Source: a virus
Taxonomy: Duplodnaviria; Caudoviricetes
Direction: 5' to 3' (one strand)
DNA length: 64,000 nt
Virus record (IMG/VR): IMGVR_UViG_3300029305_003884
Span: 64,001 to 128,000 of that record
Position 1 is the first letter of the stretch. Every line of letters begins with the position of its first letter. Under the pieces are notes generated by a model that made no database searches, had not been told where the DNA came from, and was given only the letters and a program-made list of their open reading frames with translations. Positions 44,711 through 53,967 of this stretch are shown piece after piece. The position numbers and the translations under genes are program-made.

Positions 44711-45406
44711 ATGAAAAGATGTACACTTACTGGTGCCGACAAGAAGATGTTGGAGGAAAACCAGCGGGAAAAGAAGCAGCAGCTTGCCGCATTGAACGCC
44801 GACATGCAGAAGATGGTGGCTACTGGCCACAGCAAGATGCTTGACGAGACGCCGTTCCTGCCGACTGGTCCCAAGGCTTACCAGCTTGTCGAGACTGAGC
44901 ATTACAAGAAATGGATTCAGAAAATCCGTGAAAGCGCTCCTGAAAAGAAGTGGGTTGGTAAGAGCTACTTCGGTGTTGCAGAAGAATACACTGAATCGTC
45001 GGAAAAGGTTTCCGAGAAGGTACTTGACCAGCAGGAAGTCGATGAAATTACCGAGACTTACGTCGACGAGAACGGCAAGCAGCGTGTCAAGATTCGTGAC
45101 GACTACGACCCGAACCATGCCAACGAGGTCGAAGATACCGAGTTGAGCAAGGAAGAAAGGAACGTATTCGACTTCGCCACCATCAAGAACAAGGTGGTCG
45201 CCCACCTCGAATGGAGCCTTGACGACCTGTTCGACGACATCGAGGAGTCCCTGAACGAGCTTCATGCTGACGAGGAGGACTACCAGACCCCTGAGAACCT
45301 GAGGGAAGTTGTCGCCACGATGCAGAAGACCGAACAGACCAAGATGCTCGAATACAAGCGCCAGCAGGCGGAAGCGCTGGAATATAAAAAGAAAAATTTG
45401 CAATAA
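44711..45406 (+). CDS. Hypothetical acidic coiled-coil protein
   Basis: GAGG RBS; in operon. Confidence 0.65.
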   Translation: MKRCTLTGADKKMLEENQREKKQQLAALNADMQKMVATGHSKMLDETPFLPTGPKAYQLVETEHYKKWIQKIRESAPEKKWVGKSYFGVAEEYTESSEKVSEKVLDQQEVDEITETYVDENGKQRVKIRDDYDPNHANEVEDTELSKEERNVFDFATIKNKVVAHLEWSLDDLFDDIEESLNELHADEEDYQTPENLREVVATMQKTEQTKMLEYKRQQAEALEYKKKNLQ

Positions 45407-45521
45407 CATCTTGCAAACTGGATTGAAATAATCTATATTTGCACTAAACGGTGTCATGTTATAAACTTTAATCGAGGAAATTCCTCAGTTAATAACATGG
45501 CACTAACAACTAGGTAATAAC

Positions 45522-46952
45522 ATGAATACTAACATGAATAATAACATCGACCTGAATTATGTCCCTGCGGCTGCTTCCGCACCGCAATCCCAGTCAACCG
45601 ACCAGTCTCGTCAGACGGACGAACGTATCTGGAAAACTAGATTGGACAAAGACCATAAGTCCTATTCCGCACAGGTTCGTATTCTTCCGAACATGAAGCG
45701 TGATGCACAGGGTAACTTGGATTACGACCGTGCTAATCCGTCCCCGTTCCGTAAGATTATGGTCCACTACCTCCGCATTGGAAACTGCGAAAAGAAGTAC
45801 TTCAAGTGCTTGAAGACTACCCACGACGGTATCAAGCAGAAGGGCATCTGCCCTTACTGCGATTGGACGTTTAACCGCTACTTCATGCTCAAAAAGGCAG
45901 CTGATGCAGGTGATGCAGTGGCCGCAGCCGAATTGGAGGTTAACCAGATGAACCAGGCTTCGACATCTTATGTTGTCAACGCTTTGATTCGTTTGGATGG
46001 CGTTAACCAGGAATACAACAACAAGGTGAAAATCTGGGACCATTCCGTGAAGGTTAACGAAACCCTCGACTATCCCCGTGAACCTGAAGTCGTTGCGCTC
46101 CGTCGTTGGCATAACACCAAGGAACACCGTTACTCGCCAGATTCCGAGTTTGAACCTGACATGATTGAGATGAAGAACGCTTCCCGTTTCTTCCCCGAAC
46201 AGATTATCGGTGGTCGTGACTTTGTTGTTACCTGTCAGGAATCTGGTAAGGAAATAAACGGAAAGAAGCTCAACAGCTATGACAGCAGCAAGTTCGTCGA
46301 CACTCCGAGCGACTTGGCCAGCACGAGGGAAGAAGCAATCGCTATCCTCAACCAGTGCGTGGACCTCGACGAATACCAGAAGGAAGACCTCCCTGCCAAC
46401 TATCAGGAAGCACAGAAGATGCTTAATGACTGGTTGGCTACACAGGTCGGTAGCGCTGCCGTTGAAGTGACCCCGAATTCCGCTGCTCCTGCCGCCAGGG
46501 CTAACCCGAACGTGACTCACGTTTCTGGTGCAGAATTCCTCGGCAATGCTCAGCAGCAACAGGGCGCACAGCAACCTGCCTTGGGCAATCCTCCTGTAAT
46601 CAATGAGGCAGTGAACCAGCCCGCTCAGCAGGCCGCTCCTACACAGCCGTCCTTGAATGGTCTGGCCAATCAGGCCGCACCGCAGGCTCAGCCGCAGTTC
46701 GCACAGCAACCGCAGATGAATATGCAGACTCAGCCTCAGATGGCTCCGCAGCCTCAGATGGCTCCGCAACCGCAGATGGCCCCGCAGCCCCAGTTTGCAC
46801 AGCCGACTATGGGTGCTCAACCGACGATGGCAGCTCAGCCGACGATGGCAGCTCAGCAGCAGGTTGTACAGCAGTCGCAGTTTGCTCAGCAGAATCAGCC
46901 CGCTCCGCAGCCGAATGCCGCAGGTTTCGCTGATGATGACCTTCCGTTCTAA
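45522..46952 (+). CDS. gp32: Single-stranded DNA-binding protein, gp32-like, with a long Q/P/A linker and DDDLPF tail
   Basis: DERIWK, VRILP, H/C..CPYC zinc ligands, N.L...D, G.DF, YDSSKF. Confidence 0.85.
   Translation: MNTNMNNNIDLNYVPAAASAPQSQSTDQSRQTDERIWKTRLDKDHKSYSAQVRILPNMKRDAQGNLDYDRANPSPFRKIMVHYLRIGNCEKKYFKCLKTTHDGIKQKGICPYCDWTFNRYFMLKKAADAGDAVAAAELEVNQMNQASTSYVVNALIRLDGVNQEYNNKVKIWDHSVKVNETLDYPREPEVVALRRWHNTKEHRYSPDSEFEPDMIEMKNASRFFPEQIIGGRDFVVTCQESGKEINGKKLNSYDSSKFVDTPSDLASTREEAIAILNQCVDLDEYQKEDLPANYQEAQKMLNDWLATQVGSAAVEVTPNSAAPAARANPNVTHVSGAEFLGNAQQQQGAQQPALGNPPVINEAVNQPAQQAAPTQPSLNGLANQAAPQAQPQFAQQPQMNMQTQPQMAPQPQMAPQPQMAPQPQFAQPTMGAQPTMAAQPTMAAQQQVVQQSQFAQQNQPAPQPNAAGFADDDLPF
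46731..46857 (+). repeat. 18-bp coding tandem repeats (QPQMAP x3; QPTM(G/A)A x3)
   Basis: cagcctcagatggctccg and ccgacgatggcagctcag units are directly visible. Confidence 0.85.
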
Positions 46953-46967
46953 TCAGAAATGATTATT

Positions 46968-46995
46968 AAGGGCGTGCCGATTGGCACGCCTTTTT
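46968..46995 (+). terminator. Rho-independent terminator
   Basis: AAGGGCGTGCC-GATT-GGCACGCCTTTTT. Confidence 0.75.
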
Positions 46996-47025
46996 CGTTT
47001 TAATGTATTTTAATGTAGAAAGTAA

Positions 47026-48213
47026 ATGGATGGAAGTTTTATGATACTTTTTGATACCAATTCTCCTGCACTTCGTTATGCCGCTTCTCTTATCTCTGGT
47101 GTGGAAAGTGAAGACGAACCAGTGAAGGTCGTTATCGGTGATGACGCCGTGTTATTCACCTTGAAATGTGGTCTTAAAATCAAGACCCCGATTTGGAAAG
47201 GTGACTACGACGTGTCCGACTTCGCTGACTGCAACGAGTTCTACTTTAATGCTCGTTTCCTCGGAAAGGCGCTCAATACCTGCATCAACAGCGACCAGAT
47301 TGCATTCATGCGACAGGACGACACCGTCCATGTTGCTGGCTACCTGAAAAAGCCTGACGTTCCGAAGGAGGATGTCAAGAAGCTTGAAGATGGTTCCGAT
47401 AAGGAAGCTGCTGGCACTGACATTGTCGTTGCCGAAGAAGAGGAAGCCGAACCGATTTTCTCCTACGAGGCCGAACTTGTCAATGTGGAACCGTTTGACG
47501 AAGCCGAATTTGGCGAATCTAATGCTACGTTCGTTATGGAACAGAGCGACATGGTCGAACTGTTCAGTCTCAGCGACTACTTCACTGATGTGGACATCTG
47601 CCGCAAGTCTGGCGTCGTTTCCTTCCGTGTTGGAAACGACGATATGTCCGTGGTTACCCGCTACAACATGAGCAATGTTGGAAACTCCAAGAGCGACCCG
47701 AACTTCGCCTTCAACGTAAGCAAGTCCACGATGAAACTTCTCTCCTTCATCGGTACGGGAAGCGTGACCATCGACTATGACGAGAAGAACAGCGCCATTA
47801 CCGCAAGTGACGGTTCTATCACCGTTGTTGCCAAGGTCGAACCGAGCAAGTACGAGACTTTGGTGTTCAAGGATGGAGAAACCAAGTTCATCACTCCTGG
47901 TACTGCCTTCGACGAGGCAATTCCGAAGCTGTGCGAAAACCTTGCTGCTACGAACAAGGATGACGAACTCACGTTCGAATACATCGGCCCGCTCAATGTG
48001 GGTATCACTTGGAAGGAAAAGTACGGCGAAATCTTCAAAATGGTTTCAGTTGGGGAAGCAAAACCGTTCGAACCGTTCGCAATCAAGTGTCGAATCCTGC
48101 ATATCCTTCTCGGTAGCATCCATGACAGTTCCGTCATCTTTGCCGAAACCGCTACGGGAAAGCAGGTCGCCCTGTGTTCGAACAAGCGGTATCAGCGAAA
48201 GGTGATATTCTAG
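47026..48213 (+). CDS. Probable sliding-clamp-fold protein of three-domain (beta-clamp) length
   Basis: Repeating helix/strand pattern (FYFNARFLGKAL; FNVSKSTMKLL; FAIKCRILHILL), acidic, adjacent to gp45 and primase. Confidence 0.45.
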   Translation: MDGSFMILFDTNSPALRYAASLISGVESEDEPVKVVIGDDAVLFTLKCGLKIKTPIWKGDYDVSDFADCNEFYFNARFLGKALNTCINSDQIAFMRQDDTVHVAGYLKKPDVPKEDVKKLEDGSDKEAAGTDIVVAEEEEAEPIFSYEAELVNVEPFDEAEFGESNATFVMEQSDMVELFSLSDYFTDVDICRKSGVVSFRVGNDDMSVVTRYNMSNVGNSKSDPNFAFNVSKSTMKLLSFIGTGSVTIDYDEKNSAITASDGSITVVAKVEPSKYETLVFKDGETKFITPGTAFDEAIPKLCENLAATNKDDELTFEYIGPLNVGITWKEKYGEIFKMVSVGEAKPFEPFAIKCRILHILLGSIHDSSVIFAETATGKQVALCSNKRYQRKVIF

Positions 48214-48252
48214 TTAACGAGCCAGCCAAAAGCTGGCTTTTTTAATATCCCC

Positions 48253-48281
48253 TTGCAAAATGTTTCTTGATGTACTATATT
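48253..48281 (+). promoter_or_regulatory. Sigma70-type promoter TTGCAA-N17-TATATT (gp45-primase)
   Basis: ttgcaa-aatgtttcttgatgtac-tatatt. Confidence 0.65.
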
Positions 48282-48335
48282 TAATGGGTAAAGTAAGTCC
48301 GCTTAAATTAAAACTGAAAAATAGCGAGGTTTGAC

Positions 48336-49229
48336 ATGGGCGTCGTCCGTATTAGCCAAGAATACTTCAATGTGTTGAAGACCATAAACTCGATGATGAA
48401 AATGAAGGCTGGCCTTATATTCAAGGGCAGGGGCAGTGATGGCCAGTTCACTGGAAACTACTACTTCAACGGTATTTGCGACAGTGCTATGATTCACGTT
48501 GTTGCGACCGAAAATGACGTGTCCTTCGAAGAACCTCGTCTGCAGATTTCATCCCTTCCAGACTTCATCAAGTATGCGGAAGCCACTGGCTTCCCGAAAT
48601 GCGAGATTAAGGTCGCTCGTGAAAGGACTATCCGTGGCATGGAGTATGACAACATCATCTTCACTGGTAAGGAAAAGGATGCTCGTATCGGTGTCGCCGA
48701 CGATTCAGTGTATGCGGACAAGAAGTACATGAAGATTTTTAACGAGCAGCTGGCCCTGGTTGCCCGCCTTGGTTTCAATGAGGACATTCTTCATGGTATC
48801 GTCAAGGATATCAAGTTGATTTCTACTTGCAAAGCCCTCTCGTTTACCGTCAGCAACGACCTGCAGTGTAAAATCCTCATCAAGGGAAGCGGAACGCAGC
48901 AGATTACGAGAAAGATTGACGAGCATTGCTTCTTCGTTGAAGACGAAGCGCAGTGCCTCGATGCATTCGCAGGCGGCAAACAGAGACTGTTCCCGTCTGG
49001 TTCCCTCCGTTTCATGGACACCATCGGTGGCGATGTGAATATCGAGCTCCGCCGTTTCAAGAATAGCGCAAACGACCTTATGACAATGAAGGGCTATATC
49101 GTTAAGCCTGGTGCCCTTATTGACAAGTCGAACAAGGAAAAGGATGCCCCGAGAAGCGAGATTAACGTTGTCGTGGCGAGCTCCGAATTTAGCGTAAAGA
49201 TTGTATCTAACGTGGACTACTTCGCATAA
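48336..49229 (+). CDS. gp45: Sliding clamp, gp45-like
   Basis: N-terminus ISQEYFNVLKTINS..L.F..G and I..L..F resemble gp45; located in the replication cluster. Confidence 0.6.
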   Translation: MGVVRISQEYFNVLKTINSMMKMKAGLIFKGRGSDGQFTGNYYFNGICDSAMIHVVATENDVSFEEPRLQISSLPDFIKYAEATGFPKCEIKVARERTIRGMEYDNIIFTGKEKDARIGVADDSVYADKKYMKIFNEQLALVARLGFNEDILHGIVKDIKLISTCKALSFTVSNDLQCKILIKGSGTQQITRKIDEHCFFVEDEAQCLDAFAGGKQRLFPSGSLRFMDTIGGDVNIELRRFKNSANDLMTMKGYIVKPGALIDKSNKEKDAPRSEINVVVASSEFSVKIVSNVDYFA

Positions 49230-50344
49230 TGGCCGATTTTCGTGACATACCTGATGCCGACATGAAAGCTGCCGTAGAGGAAGCTTTTGGTGGCTACGAA
49301 ATGGTAGAGGAGTTGAACGCTTTCAACTTCGTGTGTCCATATTGCGGGCAGATACCGACGAACAAGATGCTCAAGCCTGAACGAAAGGCTTATGTGTACA
49401 AGGATACTTGGAACTTTGTCTGCTACAAGTGCCATCCTATGCATCACGTCATGTGGGAATTTCAGGAATCACATCCTGACATTTTCAAGCGATTGCTGTT
49501 CATGATGTATGGCAAGAACGGTCAGCCCAAGACAGAACGTCACAAGCGCCAGTATATAGAGGATGCTTATCCTTTCAAAGACGGCGAACTCGTTTCTCTT
49601 GAAGATGAAAATGATGCTGATGCCCAGATGGCCGTCGAATACTGCAAGAGTCGAAAAATCAGGGAAAAAGTATACAAGGACTGGTTTGTCTGCAAGAAGG
49701 ATAAGAAATTCCTTGATACGAACCCTGATGGAAGCTTAAAATTGAACGCCTATGGTCTTCCTACGGGAAACGAGTATGGGGGCCGACTGATTATCCCATA
49801 TTACCGTTTCGGTGGTTCGTGGGTCCAGTTTGATGCCCGAGACTTGACCAATACATCAAAGCTCCGTTACAGGAACTATGCAGGCGCCAAGCGTGAGCTG
49901 TACAATGGAGATTTCCTCCATTTCAACAAACCGTTCTTCATGCTTGAAGGAGCGGTCGACTCTACGTTTATCAAGAACTCCGTCGCTGTCGGCGGATTGA
50001 AACACTTCAAGAGCTTTATCGAGGCTAACCCGAATTTCATGGAATACAAGGAAAACGGCGTCATCATATTCGATGCTGACGAGGCTGGAATTGACGACCT
50101 TCGTTCCGTTATGAACCTTGGATTCAAGTGGTTCGACTGGGGTAAGCTTCGTAATGACAACCCTCAGTCAAAGGGTTTCGGCGGTAAGGTGAAGGATATC
50201 AACGATGCCGTGCTGAACTGTTCTGAAGTGAAGATGACACCAGACGGTTATGTAGACCCTGAGTTCATTGCCAGCCACACTTACAGTGCCGAGGCTGGAA
50301 TCATGTTGCTGAATCTGCGTTACGGGGCCCCTAAGAAGCGTTAA
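49229..50344 (+). CDS. gp61: DNA primase
   Basis: CPYC...CYKC zinc finger, RLIIP, EGAVD and FDAD.AG TOPRIM motifs, KDIND. Confidence 0.9.
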   Translation: MADFRDIPDADMKAAVEEAFGGYEMVEELNAFNFVCPYCGQIPTNKMLKPERKAYVYKDTWNFVCYKCHPMHHVMWEFQESHPDIFKRLLFMMYGKNGQPKTERHKRQYIEDAYPFKDGELVSLEDENDADAQMAVEYCKSRKIREKVYKDWFVCKKDKKFLDTNPDGSLKLNAYGLPTGNEYGGRLIIPYYRFGGSWVQFDARDLTNTSKLRYRNYAGAKRELYNGDFLHFNKPFFMLEGAVDSTFIKNSVAVGGLKHFKSFIEANPNFMEYKENGVIIFDADEAGIDDLRSVMNLGFKWFDWGKLRNDNPQSKGFGGKVKDINDAVLNCSEVKMTPDGYVDPEFIASHTYSAEAGIMLLNLRYGAPKKR

Positions 50345-52658
50345 GCTTGTCGTTGTGGTCCTTTGCGTATGCGTTATCCCAGTTACTGTCGTCAGTCAGG
50401 TTAGTATTGTCGAGTCCTACTTCCACTGTTGGAAGCAGTTGTGCCAAGTCCAGATTTTCGGTATCGAACATTGCCAGTTTCGGGTCCTTCTGACTGATTT
50501 CAAGATGGATACACGGGTCGACTTCCTTCGGTCCGAAACCCTTCGGGGCGTAATAGTCCATAAGCAGGGTCTGGTAGGAGTTGTCCTGTTTTCCGTTTGG
50601 CGTGTTCTTGTACGGTTCCGATGACATGTAGCAGATTGACGAGAACTTCTTCATCTGTGCCTCGGTCACCTTCGGGAACTTTGCGTAACATACGCTCGTC
50701 GCAATATCGACACACTGGGAGACACTCGGGTCCTTCGTGTGGTTGGAAACGGGGTTTTCATAGCCGAATGATTTGCACTTGGATATCATTGCGGCAAGTG
50801 CGGCCTTTGCTCCTGGTGAATTGGGAGGGAATGGTTCCTTTGCGTATGCCTGAACATATACGGGCTTTCCGAAACGGTCGGTAACGATTGAGCCGTCCTT
50901 TGAAATCTTCGGTTCGAGACCGTCATTTCCCTTTCCATAGAACTTATACCAGATACGGGCGTACTCGTCGGTCACTGCACGTCCCTTAGAACCGTATGCT
51001 ACAGTGGGCTGGCCAGTTTTCTGCATGCTGTTGAACATGATGGTGGCCTGTTTCTCGGGGCTTCTGTACAGAGATGTCACCATCACGTATTTCACCCCGG
51101 CCAGACGGGCCAGGTAAGTAATCACGTTCTTTGTCCTTGTGGACATTTCGCCTTCCGTAGCCTTGTTGTCGATTGTAACGTCGGTTGCTGGGGGCAAGGT
51201 CGAAGCTACATTCTCATGTACGAGAACTCTTGCGGCGAAGAGTCCTTTCAGGTTGCGGGAAATCATGTTTATTCTCTTGCATCGGTTGTCAATGCGAGAA
51301 AGGTCTGTACCATACTCTGGCGGACGGAACCCGACGTATTTGTAAATCAAGTTTGCTTCGTCACAACGGCGTTTCCTCATGTCCATATCGAGTGACTCTG
51401 GGTTTGTTCCGTATGTGAGTCTGGAAAGGATGTCTGCTATGTAAGTGAAATACTGGTTGGCGAGCTTTTCGTCACGAGGAACACCCTCTACCGTAATCGA
51501 CCTGGTGGAGTTCTTTTGTACTGTAACGACCTGTCCGTTTTGAATATACTTGTCACCTTTTAAAGGAACCATAGACAATGTCTTTGAGTATCCAAGGTGG
51601 TAATACATTCCTGTACGAAGGCAATAGCTCAAAAATGCCGATGTTGCGTAGTTTCCGCTGACATCGCAAGCGAATCCAGAGGTCTTCAAGTAGCTAACCA
51701 AAGCTGTCTTAACACAATCGGGGCATGAGTTGTGGCTTAGCATACCCCAATGGTAGTAAGGCCAATTCTGTTGGTAAACAATCGGGCCCCATACGGCCAT
51801 TTGAACATAGCGGTAGAACGAGAATCTAATCTGGGTTTCGGTTAGTGTAAGTCCCTTCACGTCATCGTCAAGGTCATTATAAGTCTTCCCGAGTACGACG
51901 GCGTTGGATGCCTTCATAATTAGTTCAAACTGTTCTTCCTGAATGCCGCCCTTCACGTCGCCTTGCGGTTCGCCATTCTCGTCAACCGTCACGACAGCAA
52001 ATATCTTTTTGAGAACCATCTCACGGGTACTGCCACCGATATCGAGAGGGATACCAGCGCCGATGTAGATGCTTCCTTCCGAATCATAGATGGTCGGGCT
52101 CTTCTTAATCTCATGGTCATAGAGGAATGACCAGTCAGGCATGAAATGTCCTCTACGGAAACACGAACCCATGCTGATGGGAAGGCCTCCCAATCCGATA
52201 AGGAGAGGCGGTAGAATGTCGATATCGTACGGGTTCAGGCCCATAGCGGCGGCGTTTGCGGAATACATGCTTTCGGCGGATGCTCCGACAGGGGCAAAAA
52301 CACCGCTAGCGGATATACCCGCCTGAATCGTGTCGGTCTTTGCCTTGGTACAGGTAAGGAAACCATCGAGCTTGTTGATGATTTCTTCCAGCTTCGTTGT
52401 CATAACGCCATAGGACTCGTTTCCAAGGAAATCCTTTATCATGTCGGAGATAGCGGAAGCGAGAGCGCTCATGCGGCGTTTGTTGTACTCTGGTACGGAA
52501 TCTCGTTGCCAAGGGGTCAAGCCGTTGCTTTCGTCGTCGATGTCATAGAAACCGTACTTGTTCAGAATCGAGTAGAAAGCACCTTCCCTGTCGGTGGTCT
52601 GTGCAGCAGCATCGTCGATAGCTGTCTTGAGTTCCCCTGTGTAGTGACCTGAAATCAT
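50331..52658 (-). CDS. Putative two-domain peptidoglycan hydrolase (lysozyme-like plus peptidase M15-like)
   Basis: E...IYIGAG...ALVS...RR.DEANL (muramidase-like) and TSLYRS..KQ...SNH......VDI...HLE (M15 zinc peptidase). Confidence 0.55.
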   Translation of the reverse strand: MISGHYTGELKTAIDDAAAQTTDREGAFYSILNKYGFYDIDDESNGLTPWQRDSVPEYNKRRMSALASAISDMIKDFLGNESYGVMTTKLEEIINKLDGFLTCTKAKTDTIQAGISASGVFAPVGASAESMYSANAAAMGLNPYDIDILPPLLIGLGGLPISMGSCFRRGHFMPDWSFLYDHEIKKSPTIYDSEGSIYIGAGIPLDIGGSTREMVLKKIFAVVTVDENGEPQGDVKGGIQEEQFELIMKASNAVVLGKTYNDLDDDVKGLTLTETQIRFSFYRYVQMAVWGPIVYQQNWPYYHWGMLSHNSCPDCVKTALVSYLKTSGFACDVSGNYATSAFLSYCLRTGMYYHLGYSKTLSMVPLKGDKYIQNGQVVTVQKNSTRSITVEGVPRDEKLANQYFTYIADILSRLTYGTNPESLDMDMRKRRCDEANLIYKYVGFRPPEYGTDLSRIDNRCKRINMISRNLKGLFAARVLVHENVASTLPPATDVTIDNKATEGEMSTRTKNVITYLARLAGVKYVMVTSLYRSPEKQATIMFNSMQKTGQPTVAYGSKGRAVTDEYARIWYKFYGKGNDGLEPKISKDGSIVTDRFGKPVYVQAYAKEPFPPNSPGAKAALAAMISKCKSFGYENPVSNHTKDPSVSQCVDIATSVCYAKFPKVTEAQMKKFSSICYMSSEPYKNTPNGKQDNSYQTLLMDYYAPKGFGPKEVDPCIHLEISQKDPKLAMFDTENLDLAQLLPTVEVGLDNTNLTDDSNWDNAYAKDHNDKLNAS

Positions 52659-53368
52659 TTCTTTTTCCCTCTGAGATGGATAATGACGCTACCGTTTTCG
52701 CCGTTGTTCTTTCCGCTGTGTCCCTTACCGACGAACGTGTAGTCCATTTGCTTGCCGTCATGCATGAATGTCAGCTTTACATCCTTTTCTATGAACCCAG
52801 TTCCATTGCATACGCTGCATTTTTCCTGAGGTTCAAGCCCACGACCGTTGCAGAATTTACATGCGAGGACTACGTCATGGAGACCATCATCTTTGCGTTC
52901 GACCGTGCGAACCTTACCGATACCGTTGCAATGGGTGCATTTCCTGAACCTGCTGGCACCAGTGCCCGAGCAGTTGTAGCACAGGCACCTGCGGACGTAC
53001 TTTACGCTGATTTCGCCTGGGCAGAACAGCTTTTCGTCACTCAACCTTATGGTGCGGGTTACGTTCCTTCCCCGTTTCTGGTATTTCTTGTCGACTGGCT
53101 TCTTGTGGAAGTTCTTGCAGATGTTGCATTCGCCGAATAGCTTTGACCATAGTGTAAAATCGGAGTTGTTCTGGTGTTCACGGTCATATTTCTTACGGAG
53201 TTCTTCTGTTTTAATCAGATTGTATGCTTCCGTGATTTCAGCCATCTTGTCGGAAGTGTCCGATTTAGAGTGGTCGGGGTGAAACTGTATCGCCAACTGG
53301 CGGTACGCCTCTTTCACCTGTTTGTCGGTGCAATCTGGCTCTAAGTTTAGTACGCTATACGGGTTCAT
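52655..53368 (-). CDS. dnaJ: DnaJ-like co-chaperone (J domain plus zinc finger, C-terminally short)
   Basis: NPY.VL, HPD, four CxxCxGxG repeats; AGAGG RBS before ATG 53368; late box at 53391-53399. Confidence 0.9.
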   Translation of the reverse strand: MNPYSVLNLEPDCTDKQVKEAYRQLAIQFHPDHSKSDTSDKMAEITEAYNLIKTEELRKKYDREHQNNSDFTLWSKLFGECNICKNFHKKPVDKKYQKRGRNVTRTIRLSDEKLFCPGEISVKYVRRCLCYNCSGTGASRFRKCTHCNGIGKVRTVERKDDGLHDVVLACKFCNGRGLEPQEKCSVCNGTGFIEKDVKLTFMHDGKQMDYTFVGKGHSGKNNGENGSVIIHLRGKKK

Positions 53369-53390
53369 TTTGTGCCTCTTTTTCACTCAA

Positions 53391-53436
53391 TAGTTTATAT
53401 TGCGTGCGGGAAATCGTGCCGCTATATTATAAACTA
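53391..53436. promoter_or_regulatory. Back-to-back late promoters TATAAACTA (minus 53391-53399; plus 53428-53436)
   Basis: Exact motifs on opposite strands. Confidence 0.75.
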
Positions 53437-53461
53437 TGTTAGAATAATGCTGGATTGACTT

Positions 53462-53956
53462 ATGGATGCAAAAATTCTGACAGAAGCTCACTGGAAACGC
53501 AAAAAGACCAAGGGCAAGAAAGGTGGAACGCCTAGGTTCCAGCCAACGATTGGGTTTGGTTCCCGTAAATTTATCGGTGCATACGCTCCTGGAAGAGCGT
53601 ATGGCCCAGCATTCCCTATGGGTTTCGGTTGGGGCGAGATGTCAAGCGTTCCTGGCGGCCCTTGCGGAGACGGTACGGTGGCTGCCGACGCATCTGGTGC
53701 TATGGAAGCTGCCGAGGGAGTAGCGAACGACGACGAAGACTTGATGATTAGCGACAGGGATAAGCTCATTTATGCCCTTCGTGGAATCATCGAGAACGCC
53801 AAGGTTGCCTACGAGGCGGTTACTGGCGTTCCGTATGACGAAGAAGACGATGTCCCCGAGAAGAAGGATGAAAACCCATCCGAACAGGAAGAGCCAGGTG
53901 AAGTCGAATATGACGATGACGATGGCCCAGACGAAGACGGTAGTGACGATAACTAA
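53462..53956 (+). CDS. Hypothetical late protein with basic N-terminus and acidic C-terminus
   Basis: Follows a late box. Confidence 0.65.
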   Translation: MDAKILTEAHWKRKKTKGKKGGTPRFQPTIGFGSRKFIGAYAPGRAYGPAFPMGFGWGEMSSVPGGPCGDGTVAADASGAMEAAEGVANDDEDLMISDRDKLIYALRGIIENAKVAYEAVTGVPYDEEDDVPEKKDENPSEQEEPGEVEYDDDDGPDEDGSDDN

Positions 53957-53967
53957 GCGGTAAGGTT

